Of a stretch of DNA of 64,000 nucleotides, positions 50,706-64,000 are shown piece by piece. The notes under the pieces were generated by a model, which saw only the letters and a program-made list of their open reading frames with translations, was not told the origin of the DNA and made no database searches. Origin of the DNA: Octopus sinensis. Its lineage: Eukaryota. The DNA is taken from contig NC_043001.1 in assembly GCF_006345805.1 (NCBI RefSeq), positions 93,930,001 to 93,994,000 on the forward strand, in the 5' to 3' direction. The translations under genes and the position numbers were made by a program. Position 1 is the first letter of the stretch. The number at the start of each line of letters is the position of its first letter.

Positions 50706-52255
50706 TTAAATATATATATGTATACACACATATACACGTGTCTGTGTGAGTGTTTACAGCTGACTGCGTTTATCTACGCCATTTTAGAGTGACACGTTTG
50801 TAGACACATGTATTTATATAACATGCGTATTACGGCTGCATATACACTTGTTTATGTCAATCTGTATGCACAAGCATACACGTTTTCACGGATATCTATA
50901 TATATGCAAATATATGTATATATATATATACCTGTATTTAGGTGTTCCTGACAATGCATCTATTCATGCATGCGTGCATATAAGTGTGTGCATATGTATG
51001 TATGCATTTGTGCATGAGACATGTGTTCAATATATACAGGTGTGCATTTAGAGATGTACACACACACACACACACACACACATACACACAGACAAACACA
51101 CATATAGGTGCATATATATGTCTATATAATTATGTATATGCATGTATGTATATATAGATGCGTGTATACATAAATATATACATATACACTAACACGTATA
51201 TAGCTACACGTAGACGTGATTACATTTATGTGTGTATTTAAATAAGTATGCATCTATATATGCATTTGTGTATATACATATACTTAGATTCATATATACG
51301 CACACACACACTGTATATATATATACATATATATATATATATGTCTATCGGCAGTTAAGGCTATATACGCCAAATATACGCACACACTTTACGCATGACA
51401 ACGAATATATACATTCTCTCACTATCTCTTTTTTTTCACATGCTCTATACATCTATATATACACAAGTAACCAAAGATACATATTGGTGCATAATAGGGT
51501 GCCACGCAGATTCATACACACAGGCAAATGTACAATTCACATGTACACACGTTACAAGACATGAGCTAACGAACACACGAAATACGAACGTATATAATTC
51601 TCCTACAGTCACGTACACTCACATTCAAAAAACACAAATCATTAAACACACACACACACACACACACACAAACAGACACACACATACACATGCTAATGCA
51701 CACGTACATATCTGTACAACGCATGCTTCTCTGCAAACGAACACTCGCCTTCGCATCGATTAAAACAGACACTTACTCAAGATCAGACTCCTGTTTTTCT
51801 CTCTGTCATTCTGTCTTCCTTTTCCATTCACACACACACACACACACCACACACATACGCTAGTTGTATACCATGTAATATACACACTCACCGAGGTACT
51901 GTTTAAAATTCATAAACCTACTGCTATATACACACTTATACACAAGCATACAGCCGCAAAAATAGCAAATGCCAAATATATACAGGTGTAGTAATCCTAT
52001 ACAAAGTCGATAAGACGTGTGCCAATTATTCTACACCTGCCGAGTGACGTGCAATATAAGCTAGCATTGATCCTTTAGATATGCGAGCCATCTATTCTCT
52101 CTCTCTCTCTCTCTCTCTCCCCTTTCTCTCTCTCTCTCTTTCACCCTGACATCGTTTTTCAGTTTTGTTGGGTTCTGCATATATGTATGTATTTTTACCT
52201 GCGTGTAGGTGTGTATGATTATATATATGTACAGTTCTGTCATTCTGCATGCATA

Positions 52256-52364
52256 GGCGCAGGAGTGGCTGTGTGGTAAGTAGCTTGCTTGCAAACTGCG
52301 TGGCACCTTGGGCAAGTGTCTTCTACTATAGCCTCGGGCAGAACAGTGGATATATAAACTGAGA

Positions 52365-52416
<52 letters not shown>

Positions 52417-52620
52417 GTGTGTGTATGTGTGTGTGAGTGTGTGTTTGTGTGTCTGTATGTGTCCCCCCAACATCGGTTGACAACCGATGCTTCGGCAAAA
52501 GAGCCCGATAGAATAAATACCCGGCTTACAACGAATAAGTCCAGGGGTCGATTTGCTCGACTGAAGGCGGTGCCCCAGCATGGCCGCAGTCAAATGACTG
52601 AAACAAGCAAAAGAATAAAG
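52256..52620 (+). mobile_element. SINE family B with small internal deletions
   Basis: Head and 3' end are intact. Confidence 0.9.
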
Positions 52621-53642
52621 TGTATATGTGTGTATTGTGTAGAAATATGTGTGACTAGTTTTATGTTTTACCTGTATATGTTTGTGTATAAATGTGTGAT
52701 GACGTATGTATGTGTTGGCCTATGTGTTTGTATATGTGTATGTGTGTTTCTTCGGATGGAAAAATGTAAATATGGATAGCTATAGTTTAAGTGTAGTGTA
52801 TACGAGTGCGTTGAGTATGAGTGTGTGTGCGGGTGTATGCCTGTGTGTCTGTGTGTCAGTGTCTGTATATGTGTGTCTGTGTGCCTGCGTGTGTAAATGT
52901 ATGCAATATTCGTGTGCGTGGGTCGGTCTGTCTACGTGTGACCGTGTGCGCTTATGTATGTATACGATTGTCTGTATAGGTGAGTGCATGTGCTTGTGTC
53001 GTTATGTGTCAACGTCTACGTGTGAGTTTGTGTGTACGTGTGTATGTGTGTGTATGTGTGTGCATACCTATGTCTCAGTGTGTGTGTGTGTGTGTGTGTG
53101 TGTTTGTGTTTGTGTGTGTGTGTTTGTACAGTAGTACGTTGCAGCTGGTTGGTGTATCACGACTACTCCCGCCAACTCCCATTTCCCTGCCCACCACCAG
53201 ATAATATGCATAACGAGAAGTGACAGCTCGTTGTGTTATTGTAATGCTTCTGATGGTTGTCGCTTCACTTTGGAGGTGGCGGTGACAGCAAAATCAATTA
53301 TGGCGATGGTGGTGGTGGTGGTGGTCACGGTTGAAATGACTGTGCTAATGAGTGTGCTGATGATAGAGGAGGAGGCGAGTGGTGTGTTTAGTGATGATGA
53401 TGTCACTGCCTCCATTGTTATTGTTGAGGGTAGTGCTGTTGCTGGGGTTTGCAGTGTTGACGGTAGCTTCTGCTACGTGTGGTTCTGTCGTGGTAGTTTA
53501 TGAAAATATAATGCCGAGCGTTACTGCGGTCACGGTTATGCTGTTTCTTTTATATATATTTTGCTCCTAGATAATATGATAATGCTAGTGATAGTTTTGC
53601 GGATGCTGTAAGAAGAAATGATGGCTGCTTTATTTATTTATA

Positions 53643-53696
<54 letters not shown>

Positions 53697-53880
53697 GTTC
53701 GTCTTCTTTCTCTTTCTTTCTCTGCTGGTTTTATCTCATTTGTGGTTTGATCTGCTGTAGCTGTTTGTGTTCGCAGGATACGGAAGGTGGCGTAAAGTTA
53801 ATGTCCATGTATGGCGTTTAGCTTGAGATGTGGTGTGTCTATATGCGTGTGTGTATGTAAGTGTATGTGTGTGCATATAT

Positions 53881-53975
<95 letters not shown>

Positions 53976-54002
53976 TCATCGTTTATATATATATGTATAG
54001 TA

Positions 54003-54228
54003 GGCGGCGAGCTGGCAGAAATGTTAGCGCGCCGGGCGAAATGCTTAGCGGTATTTCGTCTGCCATAACGTTCTGAGTTCAAATTCCGCCGAGGTCGACT
54101 TTGCCTTTCATCCTTTCGGGGTCGATAAATAAAGTACCAGTTATGCACTGCGGTCGATGTAATCGACTTAATCTCTTTGTCTGTCCTTGTTCGTCCCCTA
54201 TATGTTTAGTCCCTTATGGGCAATAAAG

Positions 54229-54233
<5 letters not shown>
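54003..54233 (+). mobile_element. SINE family A, full length, tail A1
   Basis: Near-consensus copy. Confidence 0.93.
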
Positions 54234-54273
<40 letters not shown>

Positions 54274-54587
54274 TGTGTGCGTGTGTATTGAGTTGTGTAT
54301 ATGTATGTCTCTATGTGTACATGTATGTGTGTGCGTGCGTGCGGTTTATTTTCAGATAAATGGTGTAATGCCGTTCATGAAATTTCATGGTGAAAATCTT
54401 GGTTTTTATCGAGATAACTGTTATTGTTTTGCTAATGTATAACCCCAGGACAACTCTTATTGAAATTTCCCAACGCTGCCCAACCCATCTCAACTTTCTT
54501 TCCTCTTTTATTGCTTCGAGATACATGATAATAAAATAAATGCGCCCTTTTAAAGCCTAGTCATAATAGCCTTCGTTTGCGGCACTC

Positions 54588-54800
54588 GTCGGCGAGGTGG
54601 CAGAATCATTAAAACCCTCGGCAGAATACTTACCAGTGTTTCGCCCGTATTTACGTTCTGAATTCCAATTTCACTCTGGTCGACTTTCATTCTCTCGGGG
54701 ATCGATAAAATAAGTACCAGCTCAGTGCTAGGGTCTATGTAATCGGCTCATCTCTTCCCCCGAAATTCATGCCATTTTGCCAAAATGAAAATTGAAACTA
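54588..54800 (+). mobile_element. Diverged SINE A with A2-type tail
   Basis: ggcgaggtggcagaatcatt..ggtcgactttcatt..gataaaataagtaccag. Confidence 0.75.
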
Positions 54801-54872
54801 CTATGAATGTAGGTCAAATGTAGGAACAGTTTAAGAGTTTATGCTTTAATGTATCTGCTATCCTAGCCATGT

Positions 54873-55213
54873 TGAAGGCGCATGGGTCAGTGGTTAGAGC
54901 GGAGAGCGTACGATCGTGAGGTTGTGAGTTTGATTCACAGACCGGGCTGTGTGTATTTTCTTGAACAAGATACTTTATTTCACGTTGCTCCAGTTCACTC
55001 AGCTCTAGAAATGCCTAGCGACATCACTGGTGCCAAGCTGTATCGGCCTTTGCCTTCCCCTTGGATAACATCAGTGATGTGGAAAGGAGAGGCTGGTATG
55101 CATGGGCGACTGCCAGCCTTCCACAAACAACCTTGCCCTGACTTTTTGCCTCGGAGGGTAACTTTCTAGGTGCAATCCCATGGTCATTAATGACCGAAGG
55201 TGGTCTCCTCCAC
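54873..55213 (+). mobile_element. SINE head D + tail T2 with 15-bp TSD
   Basis: TSD ctatcctagccatgt (54858-54872) and ctatcctagctatgt (55214-55228). Confidence 0.92.
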
Positions 55214-55539
55214 CTATCCTAGCTATGTGTCGGACCAACTGAAATATGGTAAGGGGAAACTATATAGAAGCTTTTCGAGGTTAGTGGTTCTATTGGATAA
55301 GGAATTTAGTCTCTACAGGTGAAATGACAGATTGCTACATAGAACGATCGACTACTTGGCAGTATTTTGTTATTCTTTTACAGTTACTTGCACTCTATAT
55401 TCAAATCAGGCCGAAATAAAGTTTCTTTTATCATTTCGGAGGCAATAAAGAGAACCATTTCCGAGTGATGGATAGGGTGATTTGTGGAGAGGGGTGGGGA
55501 GCAGACGATTTAGTGTAGTATCGGTTGCAGTCCATTACG

Positions 55540-56157
55540 TTCTATTCTACTCTAGACACAAAGCTCAAACTTTTTTGGGGGAGGGTGCCGGTCGATTAGA
55601 TCAACCCCAGTACGCAACTGGTACTTAGTTTATCGACCCCGAAAGGATGAAAGGCAAATTCGACCTCAGCGGAATTTGAACTAAGAACGTAACGGCAGAC
55701 GAAATACCACCAAACATTTCGCTCGGCGTGCTAGCGTTTCTTATTTCTTTACAGCCCACAAGGGACTAAACATAGAGGGGACAAACAAGGACAGACAAAG
55801 AGATTAAGTCGATTATATCGACCCCAGTACGTAACTGGTACTTATTTAAACGAACCCGAAAGGATGAAATGCAAAATCGACCTCGCCGGAATTTGAACTC
55901 AGAACGTAGCGGCAGACGAAATACCTATTTCTTTACAACCCAGTAGGGGTTAAACACAGAGGAGACAAACAAGAATAGACAGACGGATTAAGTTGATTAT
56001 ATCGACCCCAGTGCGTAACGGGTACTTAATTTATCGACTCTGAAAGGATGAAAGGCAAAGTCGACCTCGGCAGAATTTGAACTTAGAACGTAGCGGCAGA
56101 CGAAATACTACTAAGCATTTCGTCCAGTGTGCTAACTTTTCTGCCAACTCGCCGCCT
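55540..56157 (-). mobile_element. Trimeric SINE A composite, copy 2
   Basis: Junctions at 55740/1 (gtttc|ttatttc) and 55921/2 (gacgaaa|tacctatttc), at the same positions as copy 1. Confidence 0.88.
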
Positions 56158-56739
56158 TGCAGTCCTTTGAGTTCTGACAACGGACTGTAATGATACATAA
56201 TTTGAATTATATCGATCCAATTCTGTAGCCGTGACTTCAACGGAGAGGGCCAACTGAAATATAAGGAAAACTACCTGGCATCTGCATAAATTCTTGCTCC
56301 GGACCTGCATACTTGTGGGCAAGGAAATGATCATAAGTTGTGTATGGGAAATGACTAGTATAACATAAGTAGAACTCAGTCACCAATGAATTAAATGCAT
56401 GGTTTATTTTGATAGCGAGAGATCTCTCAGATACCTCAACCGCGTCACGAGTCCAGTTGCTTTGACAAATCCAGTTGCTTTGACATTGAATCCACGAAAC
56501 GGATAAACACTCCGTGAGTTCTAATGGTTCTGCCACCTCGCCGAGGAGTGCCGCAAATCGAAGGCTATGACGAGTCATCCACAAAACCAATACCACAATT
56601 TAAACAAGGCAATGCTCAGCTCCTAACTTAACAATTATAAATACCATTAATTTAACTATAAACTCACAATAGAAACATATGAAAGAACTTTCCATATGTT
56701 GGGTCTTCCCACTAAAAAGTAGAAACTATACATCTCAAA

Positions 56740-56990
56740 GTGGAGGCACGTGGCTTATTGGTTAGGGTCCTAGCACCATGATCGTAAGATTGTGGTTTCG
56801 ATTCCTGGACCGGGCGACGCATTGTGTTCTTGAGCAAAACACTTCATTTCAAGTTGCTCCAGTCCACTCAGCTGGCAAAAATGAGTAACGTTGCGATGGA
56901 CTGGCGTCCCGTTCAGCTGGGGAACACATACGCCATATACTCCGGGAAACCGGGTCTATGAGCCTGGCTAGGCTTTAAAAGGGCGCATTT
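56740..56990 (+). mobile_element. SINE head D + tail T3
   Basis: D head and body, then gcgatggactggcgtccc..gggaaaccgg..atgagcctggctaggctttaaaagggcgcattt. The same tail end lies at about 54536-54562 (-). Confidence 0.85.
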
Positions 56991-57402
56991 ACTATTTTTT
57001 TTTTACATAAAGATCATTCATTAATCGTATACAGCTAAGCGGTTGTCTGCCAGAAAGAAAGACCATTATTGCACTTAACAATTTACACAGTAACGGAGTA
57101 TCAGTAAACATTCGTCAGATAATTTACACAACTATATGCCTTCATCTCATATTGCAGCTCTTTGCAGCTATGCGGCAAAGATACGGTTCATGCTTATCAA
57201 GACTGAGATGGACATATTTGTTATCTTTTCATTGTCAACTTCGATCATAATTGTAACAGCACACCTGTTTGTACACTTACAATCACAAATCCGCTGCTGA
57301 TTTACTTGTAAAGGCGCACAAGGTCAGAAATACTCGTACACACATACAGCTTCATATATAACACATACACACACATGTTTATATATATATACATATATGT
57401 GT

Positions 57403-57433
<31 letters not shown>

Positions 57434-57700
57434 ATATGTATGTATATTCAGACACATGCGCACTACTATATGTATGTGTTTATTTGAATTATTTCCCTCT
57501 ATGACGTTCTGAATATGAAGCCATCACTGGACGATTTCAGTAACATACCAGCTTTGGCTATGTATGTATAAGAAATTAAAAAAGGAAAATACGCACTCTT
57601 TACATAACTTTAATATAAGTTTTAATACATCGACCGGTTTCGCTGTCGCTATTCATGATATTATGTTTTACTTATTTGAATATGTATTTTCTTAAGAAGG

Positions 57701-57779
<79 letters not shown>

Positions 57780-57783
<4 letters not shown>

Positions 57784-58290
57784 GTTAATCCAAACATGGA
57801 CAGGTAAGAAAAAACAACAAAAAAACAACAACGCAAGGACGTGGAATAAATGCAGTATTATTGGTGGCGATAAAAGAGAAAAGTGAAAGTAGAAAGAAGA
57901 AATATAAAGGGAGGACGAGAAAAAGTGGAAGAGTCACGGACAAATTGTGATGATTTCCAATCAAGATTAGAGTGGCGTAATTCGAATGAATGGTAACAGT
58001 AATCGGCAGGTATAAGTATTCCAGGAATTCGTTGCTCCAAAGTGAGTCATAAGGCCGGTGTCCGTGTGAGCGTTCGGCATATAAAGTTAATCCAAACATG
58101 AACCAGCAAGAAAAAACAACAACAAAAAAATAACAACGACTACGCGAGGACGTGGAATAAGTACAGTGATATTGAACGCTCACGAGAGGAAAGAAAAGAA
58201 AGAGGGTTTCACGTTTCGAGCGTAGCTTTTCTTCAGAAATATAGAAAAAGTCCAAAGAAGGGAAGACGGAGAAAGAAACTCGACAACGAT
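57780..58290 (-). repeat. Two partial direct copies of the hammerhead-bearing unit; degenerate motif at 58206-58240
   Basis: agttaatccaaacatg..aggacgtggaataa occurs twice; motif attt CTGAAGA a aagc-tac-gctc GAAA cgtg aaac. Confidence 0.6.
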
Positions 58291-58430
58291 ACACACGCGG
58301 TCACATATTGATATATATATATATATAAAGAAAGTTTGTTTAATGAGGTTGAGGTTATTTCCCATAATGAAATCGCCCAATGATGGCTTCATATTTCAGA
58401 AGGTCATAGATGGAAATAATCAGAACAAAC

Positions 58431-58519
<89 letters not shown>

Positions 58520-58746
58520 ATATATATATATATTAATAAATTTTAGGGTAGCAAAAGATTCTAGAAAAATTCTCCGCTACCAGCGGTCAAGTGAGAAAGA
58601 AAAAATAGTCAATAGACTATATAACATACATTCAAACATATAAGGGACGGCCATAATAGGACATAAAACGTTTACCCTCTCCTTTCTGGACTATGCATAT
58701 TTTGGGCAAACATTTGTAAATAAACTAATTTGATTGTATATATATA

Positions 58747-58915
58747 GGCGCAGGTGTAACTTTGTGGTAAGAAGCTTGCTTTCCAACTACATTGTTCCCG
58801 GTTCAGTTCCCCTACGAGGTACCTTGGGCAAGTGTCTTCTACTATAGCCTCGGGCCGACCAAAGTCTTGTGAGTGGATTTGATAGACGGAATCTGAGAGA
58901 AGCCCGTCGTTTATG

Positions 58916-58946
<31 letters not shown>

Positions 58947-59210
58947 ATGTGTGTGTGTGTGTGTGTGTGTGTCCTTGAGCATGGTACTTCATTTCAACTT
59001 GCTCCAGTTCACTCAGCTGGTAAAAATGAGTATTACCTGTATTTCAGACGGGCAGCCATATCATACGCCGTGTCACGTGGGATCTCTCTGAGAATTACAG
59101 TAAGGACACACATGTCTGTGCAGTGCTCGCATGCACGTTAATTTCACGAGCAGGCTCTTCCGTTGACTGGATCAACTGGAACCCTCGTCGTCGTAAGTGA
59201 CGGAGTGCCA
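58747..59210 (+). mobile_element. SINE B 5' half (58747-58910) joined through (TA)n(TG)n to a headless D body + T1 tail (58972-59210)
   Basis: B head ends at gaagcccgtcgt; after the microsatellite the sequence resumes tgtgtccttgagca..ttgctccagttcactcagct..cgtcgtcgtaa..gacggagtgc. Confidence 0.8.
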
Positions 59211-60184
59211 TGTATATATATTTATATCTCTGTCAGGAAATATAGTATATACCAAACAACTCTACTTGCGACTGAGATTGAATGCTTTTTCTATATTAAC
59301 ATTTCATAATACTTTTATCTTGCCAATCGCACTTGTCATAGAGCAACTACCCGACTATTAGCAAAATAAATTGCATACTTCGGACATTCTGTGTTTATTA
59401 TTGAATATAATACTGTTCAGTTAATTCTGGCATTTATCCTTGGTTAAACAGGGTCTACGAGAGAAAGTTTAATTTATATGAATAACACCAGTATTGATGT
59501 AAACATCAATGGTTATTATTTTTATTAGGTTCTTGCCGTTACTACGTTCTTGTGTGTAGTACGAATTCATGAAAAGTCAAGTACTTACTTGTCCAACAAC
59601 TTAGTATATTTGAGGTAGTTTTCATATATTTTCTCATCATGTACTTTATGACTTGCCATTATTTAACCTTCTCGTACTCTGTTTGTGCCAGCATCTTCAA
59701 GACTTGGAAGCATAGTTGTAGGCTTCCAGAAATACTAGCACGCATGATAAAATATCCACCAAGATGTAATTTCACCGTTTTCAACAAAAATTCTTGCCAG
59801 CATCGCTATTTCATGTTATCTATTATGTGTCGGTGAAATATATTAAAATGTTACAATGCTTGAGATTGAATCGATTATAGCACTTTCTTCCAAACGTATG
59901 AAAATGTGCCAAAGTTAGAAATTATTTGTCTCTTGACAGCAAAGTGTGAGCAGAAAGTTAACGTACTGGATTAATTGCCTCACCTTGATTAGTTTAATTT
60001 GGTAGTCGATTCTCATTTTATCTTACCGTATTCGGTAAATCAAATAACAGTCATATACATATTACGATATCTTCCATTCACAATACTGCAATGGCATTCC
60101 TCTAAGAATATAAACTTTTCCGTAATCAAATTTCTGAAAATATGCGGAAAATCATCATAATAAAGTTAACGATGTTTATTAAAA

Positions 60185-60578
60185 CTAACAGAATCGCGCG
60201 GCGTTGCTCGGGTTTGTTTCGACCCTTTAGAATTGGAATTTTTGAAAAGTAAAAATTTTACATTGTGTAGCTTGTTATTCTATTTAAGTGAACATTTTTC
60301 TGGCTGAAATACACCTGAAAAATGGCGACACAGCAGTCAATAAATCGTAAAAAATAGGGATTTTCATAGAAAAAAAGCACCTTTTGATGTAAATATCTTC
60401 AAAATAACATGGTCCGATTTGAATTTTTTCTTCTATGGAAGGAAGAGCTAGCCTTCTTCTAACATACTTTCAATTTTGGTCAACTTGCGCCGCAGGGTCT
60501 CGGAGGAGATAGTGTTAGTTGAAGGCTACCAAACCTGCCATACACAGACAACTTCAGCTTTATATATATATATATAGA
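60185..60578 (-). mobile_element. Non-autonomous Helitron, second subfamily
   Basis: Same termini as 10798-11434 (acta.cag.atcgc.cggcgttgctcgggtttg and tatatatagat on +) with a different interior. Confidence 0.75.
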
Positions 60579-60802
60579 TGAGACAATTACAGCTGATTTT
60601 GTTTTTGTTTTTCTGAAGAGCTTTGACGTAATGCTAGTTGATGAAACGAATACGGGCACTGAGGATCCTGCTGTTATACTCTGCTTCCATCTAGCTGACA
60701 ATTCTGCTGCAAGGGGCTTTTAAAATAGCATTATGTGTGGTGTCACTAAACAACGCCAGTAATCTGCAGTGTAAGGCTGTATGCTTTCTTGTTTGTTTTT
60801 AA

Positions 60803-61170
60803 TGTGTGTGGCAAGCAGATTGCTTACCAACCACGTGGTTCCGAGTTCTGTCCCACTGCGTGGCACCTTGGCCAAATGTCTTCTAATATAGCCTCGGGCC
60901 GACCAAAACCTTGTGAGTGGATTTGGTAGACGGAAACTGAAAGAACCCTGTCGTATATATGTATTTGTATATATTTGTGTGTCTCTTTGTGTGTCTGTGT
61001 TTGTCCCCCCAACATCGCTTGACAACCGATGTTGGTGTGTTTACGTCCACGTAACTTAGCAGGTCGTCAAAAGAGACCGATTAAATAAGTGCTGGGATCG
61101 ATTTGCTCGACTAAAGGCGGTGCTCAAGCATGGCCGCAGTCAAATGACTGAAAGAAGTAAAAGAGTAAAT
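60803..61170 (+). mobile_element. SINE family B
   Basis: Head partly eroded; body and 3' end are intact. Confidence 0.9.
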
Positions 61171-63014
61171 ATAGGCTCAAGGTAATTCCTCCGTAGCATG
61201 ATAAATGCTATCCCGACGCAGCTATCTCGGTCTTGGGAGGACAGGAGAATAATTTTCACGATAATATAATTATCCTGTTGGAGTATAAGAGATGTGTCCA
61301 TGTTATGGAATGCTTGAGCTTGAGGTGGCAAGAATTAGGTTTGTCGGTGCCAAGCGGAAACAAACTGTGAAACTCTCATGGCAAAGGTTTAGAAATTTTC
61401 TGACTGTCTATTTATTTTTATATTTGGTCGAAAAGCCTGTCTTGTACTACTGCCAAAACGGCTATTTCTTTCTCTATGCTTTTCATTGGAATTTGGGATA
61501 CAGTTACAAAATGTCCGAATACAGGACTTCCAACGCATATTAGGGGTCAAAACATATTTTTACGCAGCTATTATTGTTCCCCTTCATAGTTTATATATTT
61601 CATACGATCTTTGACCTTAGTTTTTACTATCGATTTTATTATGTATTTTATGTATGGTGTGAAGCATATAGACATAAAGAAGATTCCTGCTAATTTTGCC
61701 TTCGGTATCTATGTATGAGAGCGTCTGATATGCTTATCTTTGGTGTTAATGGTGGAGCATGCCAAGTTCATGAGAATAAGAGCTTTTCGTATACACGCAT
61801 GCACGCATACATATACTTACATTTACTCACAAATATGTATATATATTTGTTTAGTTTTATTTTTAAGAATATATGAATGCGTTTTGTAAGTAGGAGCTAG
61901 CAAATTCACGCCGCCTCCCCACCTGTATCGTGCGTACTAAATTATCAGGTGTTAGATGCTTCGAGAAATTGTAAATAAATGTCACTTTCTAAAATCTGAT
62001 TATTGCTACTGCATATAGCAGATAACAACCAGTTTATATATTGATTTCTTACACTGAGAGATATAAGGGATGTCACGTGAAGGCCTCGGATTTATAGTGA
62101 GAATGAAACAAAACTGCATCAGTAATAAACATGTGTCAAGGACATTAGCAAGTTAAATGAAGATAAAGAACTCCAACCAAGGATTGAAATCAAGAAAGCG
62201 TGATCTTGAATGATCTACAATAGCAACGTAATATATAGATAATACATGGATTCCCTTTTTATTGTATCATCTAATTCCGTTCTTCACTGGTTTCAGTTCA
62301 AGCTTAACTAGCGTGGACAGTTTCCTCTTTGGTTTCTTTGACATATAATCTAGCTGGCATCGATGAAAGGAATATTAATTCCCATCACTCAAGTAACAAT
62401 TTGCCACACCGATAAAAATCTACAAATCTTATGATTGGCACTAATTAATTGAACCCAACCAACATATTATTCTTGTGTAAATATAAGGATCGCAGATTTT
62501 TAGTTGGGGAAGAACAAGGGTATGTATGTATGTATTCCATTTCTTTTTGTTTTTAGTTATATTAGAGTCGTTAGTGAACGGAAATGTTTTTAACATGCAA
62601 TTGAAACAAGCTACATTGAGGTATTTTATCTCTATCTACCAATTGTAATATTCTCACGACATTATGATAAAAATCATTGCGGTTCTTGTAAATGTAAATC
62701 AGCGTTTCCCCCAAATATCCTAACCAGTGGGTCTTTGGTTATAAAATCGAACACGTTCTTCACAATAAACATTAACCATAACATAGTTGATATAACGAGA
62801 ATAGTAACTGAAACAAATCATGGCCGTTTTCGTATGGAGAAGCAAACGTTTGAAGAAAAATGTGAAAAGGAAAGAAATAATGAAAGGGTGGCAATACAAG
62901 ATTAATAAACATTATACAAATGACTCCACTGGCCTAAAACTTTATATAATGACACAGATGTGCTGTCAAAGGATTAAATATAAACTAAGTTTTCCTTTAT
63001 GAATGCTTCCTTCT

Positions 63015-63350
63015 CTGAGACCCCCTTCGGTCACAACACAGATCATGGGATTGCACCTAGAAAGTAACTCTCCCAGGCACAATTCCGGGCAAGGTTGCTT
63101 ACGGAAGACCAGCAGTCACCCATAAATACCGGCTTCCACTCTCCACCCCACCAGTGTTATCCAAGGGAAAGGAAATGACCGATACAGCTTGGCACCTGTG
63201 ACATCGCAACTCGTTTCTACAGCTGAGTGAACTGGAGCAACGTGAAATAAAGTGTCTTGCTCAAGAACACAACATGCAGCCCGGTCTGGGATTTGAGCTC
63301 ACAACCTCACGATCGTAAGCTCGACGCTCTAACCACTGAGCAATGCTTCC
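63015..63350 (-). mobile_element. SINE head D + tail T2
   Basis: Reverse complement aligns to 54873-55213. Confidence 0.88.
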
Positions 63351-64000
63351 ATAACGATAGTTAAATAATCTCAGCCGTATTTGTGACAATACCTAACGTT
63401 TTGGTAATTATGATTCCGTGAAGAACCTGTAATGTCGTAAGAATAATGAAATAACCATGTGGAGTCTCTGTTGTTAACTTTTGGTAGACATCGACCGGCG
63501 TTGGCCTTTATTGGCCCATGTCACATCTAAGTTAACAACGCTACGTGGAATAGTATTTCAAATCATGTCTTAGAACATCATAGGTCACTTTAATACGGAG
63601 ATTTTCTTAACCGAAATGCATCCAGCTGTCGTTTAGTTCAATATTACTTGCATGAACTTGTTCAAGTACCGTTTGAATGTTTTGTAGTTCTTCTTTTATA
63701 TCAACCCGGATACTGCCGAATAAAGCAGGACCACTTGAGTTAAAGGAAAAAGCTGTGTCGCAATATTGTTATATAATATAAGGTCGATATTGGATAGGAA
63801 ATATAGCTCAAAGTTATACAGTTCTGTCACGAATTTCCCACCCATTTGTGATGTCAATGCACATCAGAATCAACAGCCTGATGTAAAAGCGTTCAGGTTT
63901 CTCACAAGTTTTCACTATTTCAATAAATTACGATTTGGGAGCCCATACACGGTCGGTTGGCACACAGGAATAATCAATGAAATCTTCCTGATATCACACT

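Noticed and set aside
57627-57662. Minus-strand GAAACCGGTC with gatgt stem
   Set aside because: The CTG of the core is missing; too degenerate to support.
63850-63910. ERFYIRLLI resembling a Helitron RepHel motif
   Set aside because: Flanking residues do not continue the Helitron alignment; a 9-residue match is insufficient.

Overview
AT-rich, repeat-saturated eukaryotic DNA. The tRNA-derived SINE families, very long TA/TACA microsatellites and transposon spectrum look like an octopus (cephalopod) genome; this is inferred from repeat recognition, not a database search. I find no intact host gene, rRNA, true tRNA gene or CRISPR array, and most ORFs in the track are microsatellite translations. 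The window is built from several SINE families (my working labels A, B, C, D) and decayed R4/Dong-clade, CR1, L1/Tx1-like and Penelope-like retroelements. It also holds a Gypsy gag-pol fragment, mariner and Tigger remnants, non-autonomous Helitrons and small TIR elements. The most interesting signal is about 15 minimal type I hammerhead ribozyme motifs of the Penelope-associated kind, from several sequence families. They carry different palindromic stem III sequences, and two non-canonical cores recur (CUGUnGA, CCGAnGA). Other notable items are an ORF1-only L1/Tx1-like element whose 3' end matches a SINE tail, a trimeric SINE with matching junctions at two loci, head/tail module shuffling among SINEs, and R4 LINEs docked tail-to-tail on SINE (TTA)n tails. 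All alignments and folds were done by eye; boundaries are approximate unless a TSD is given.
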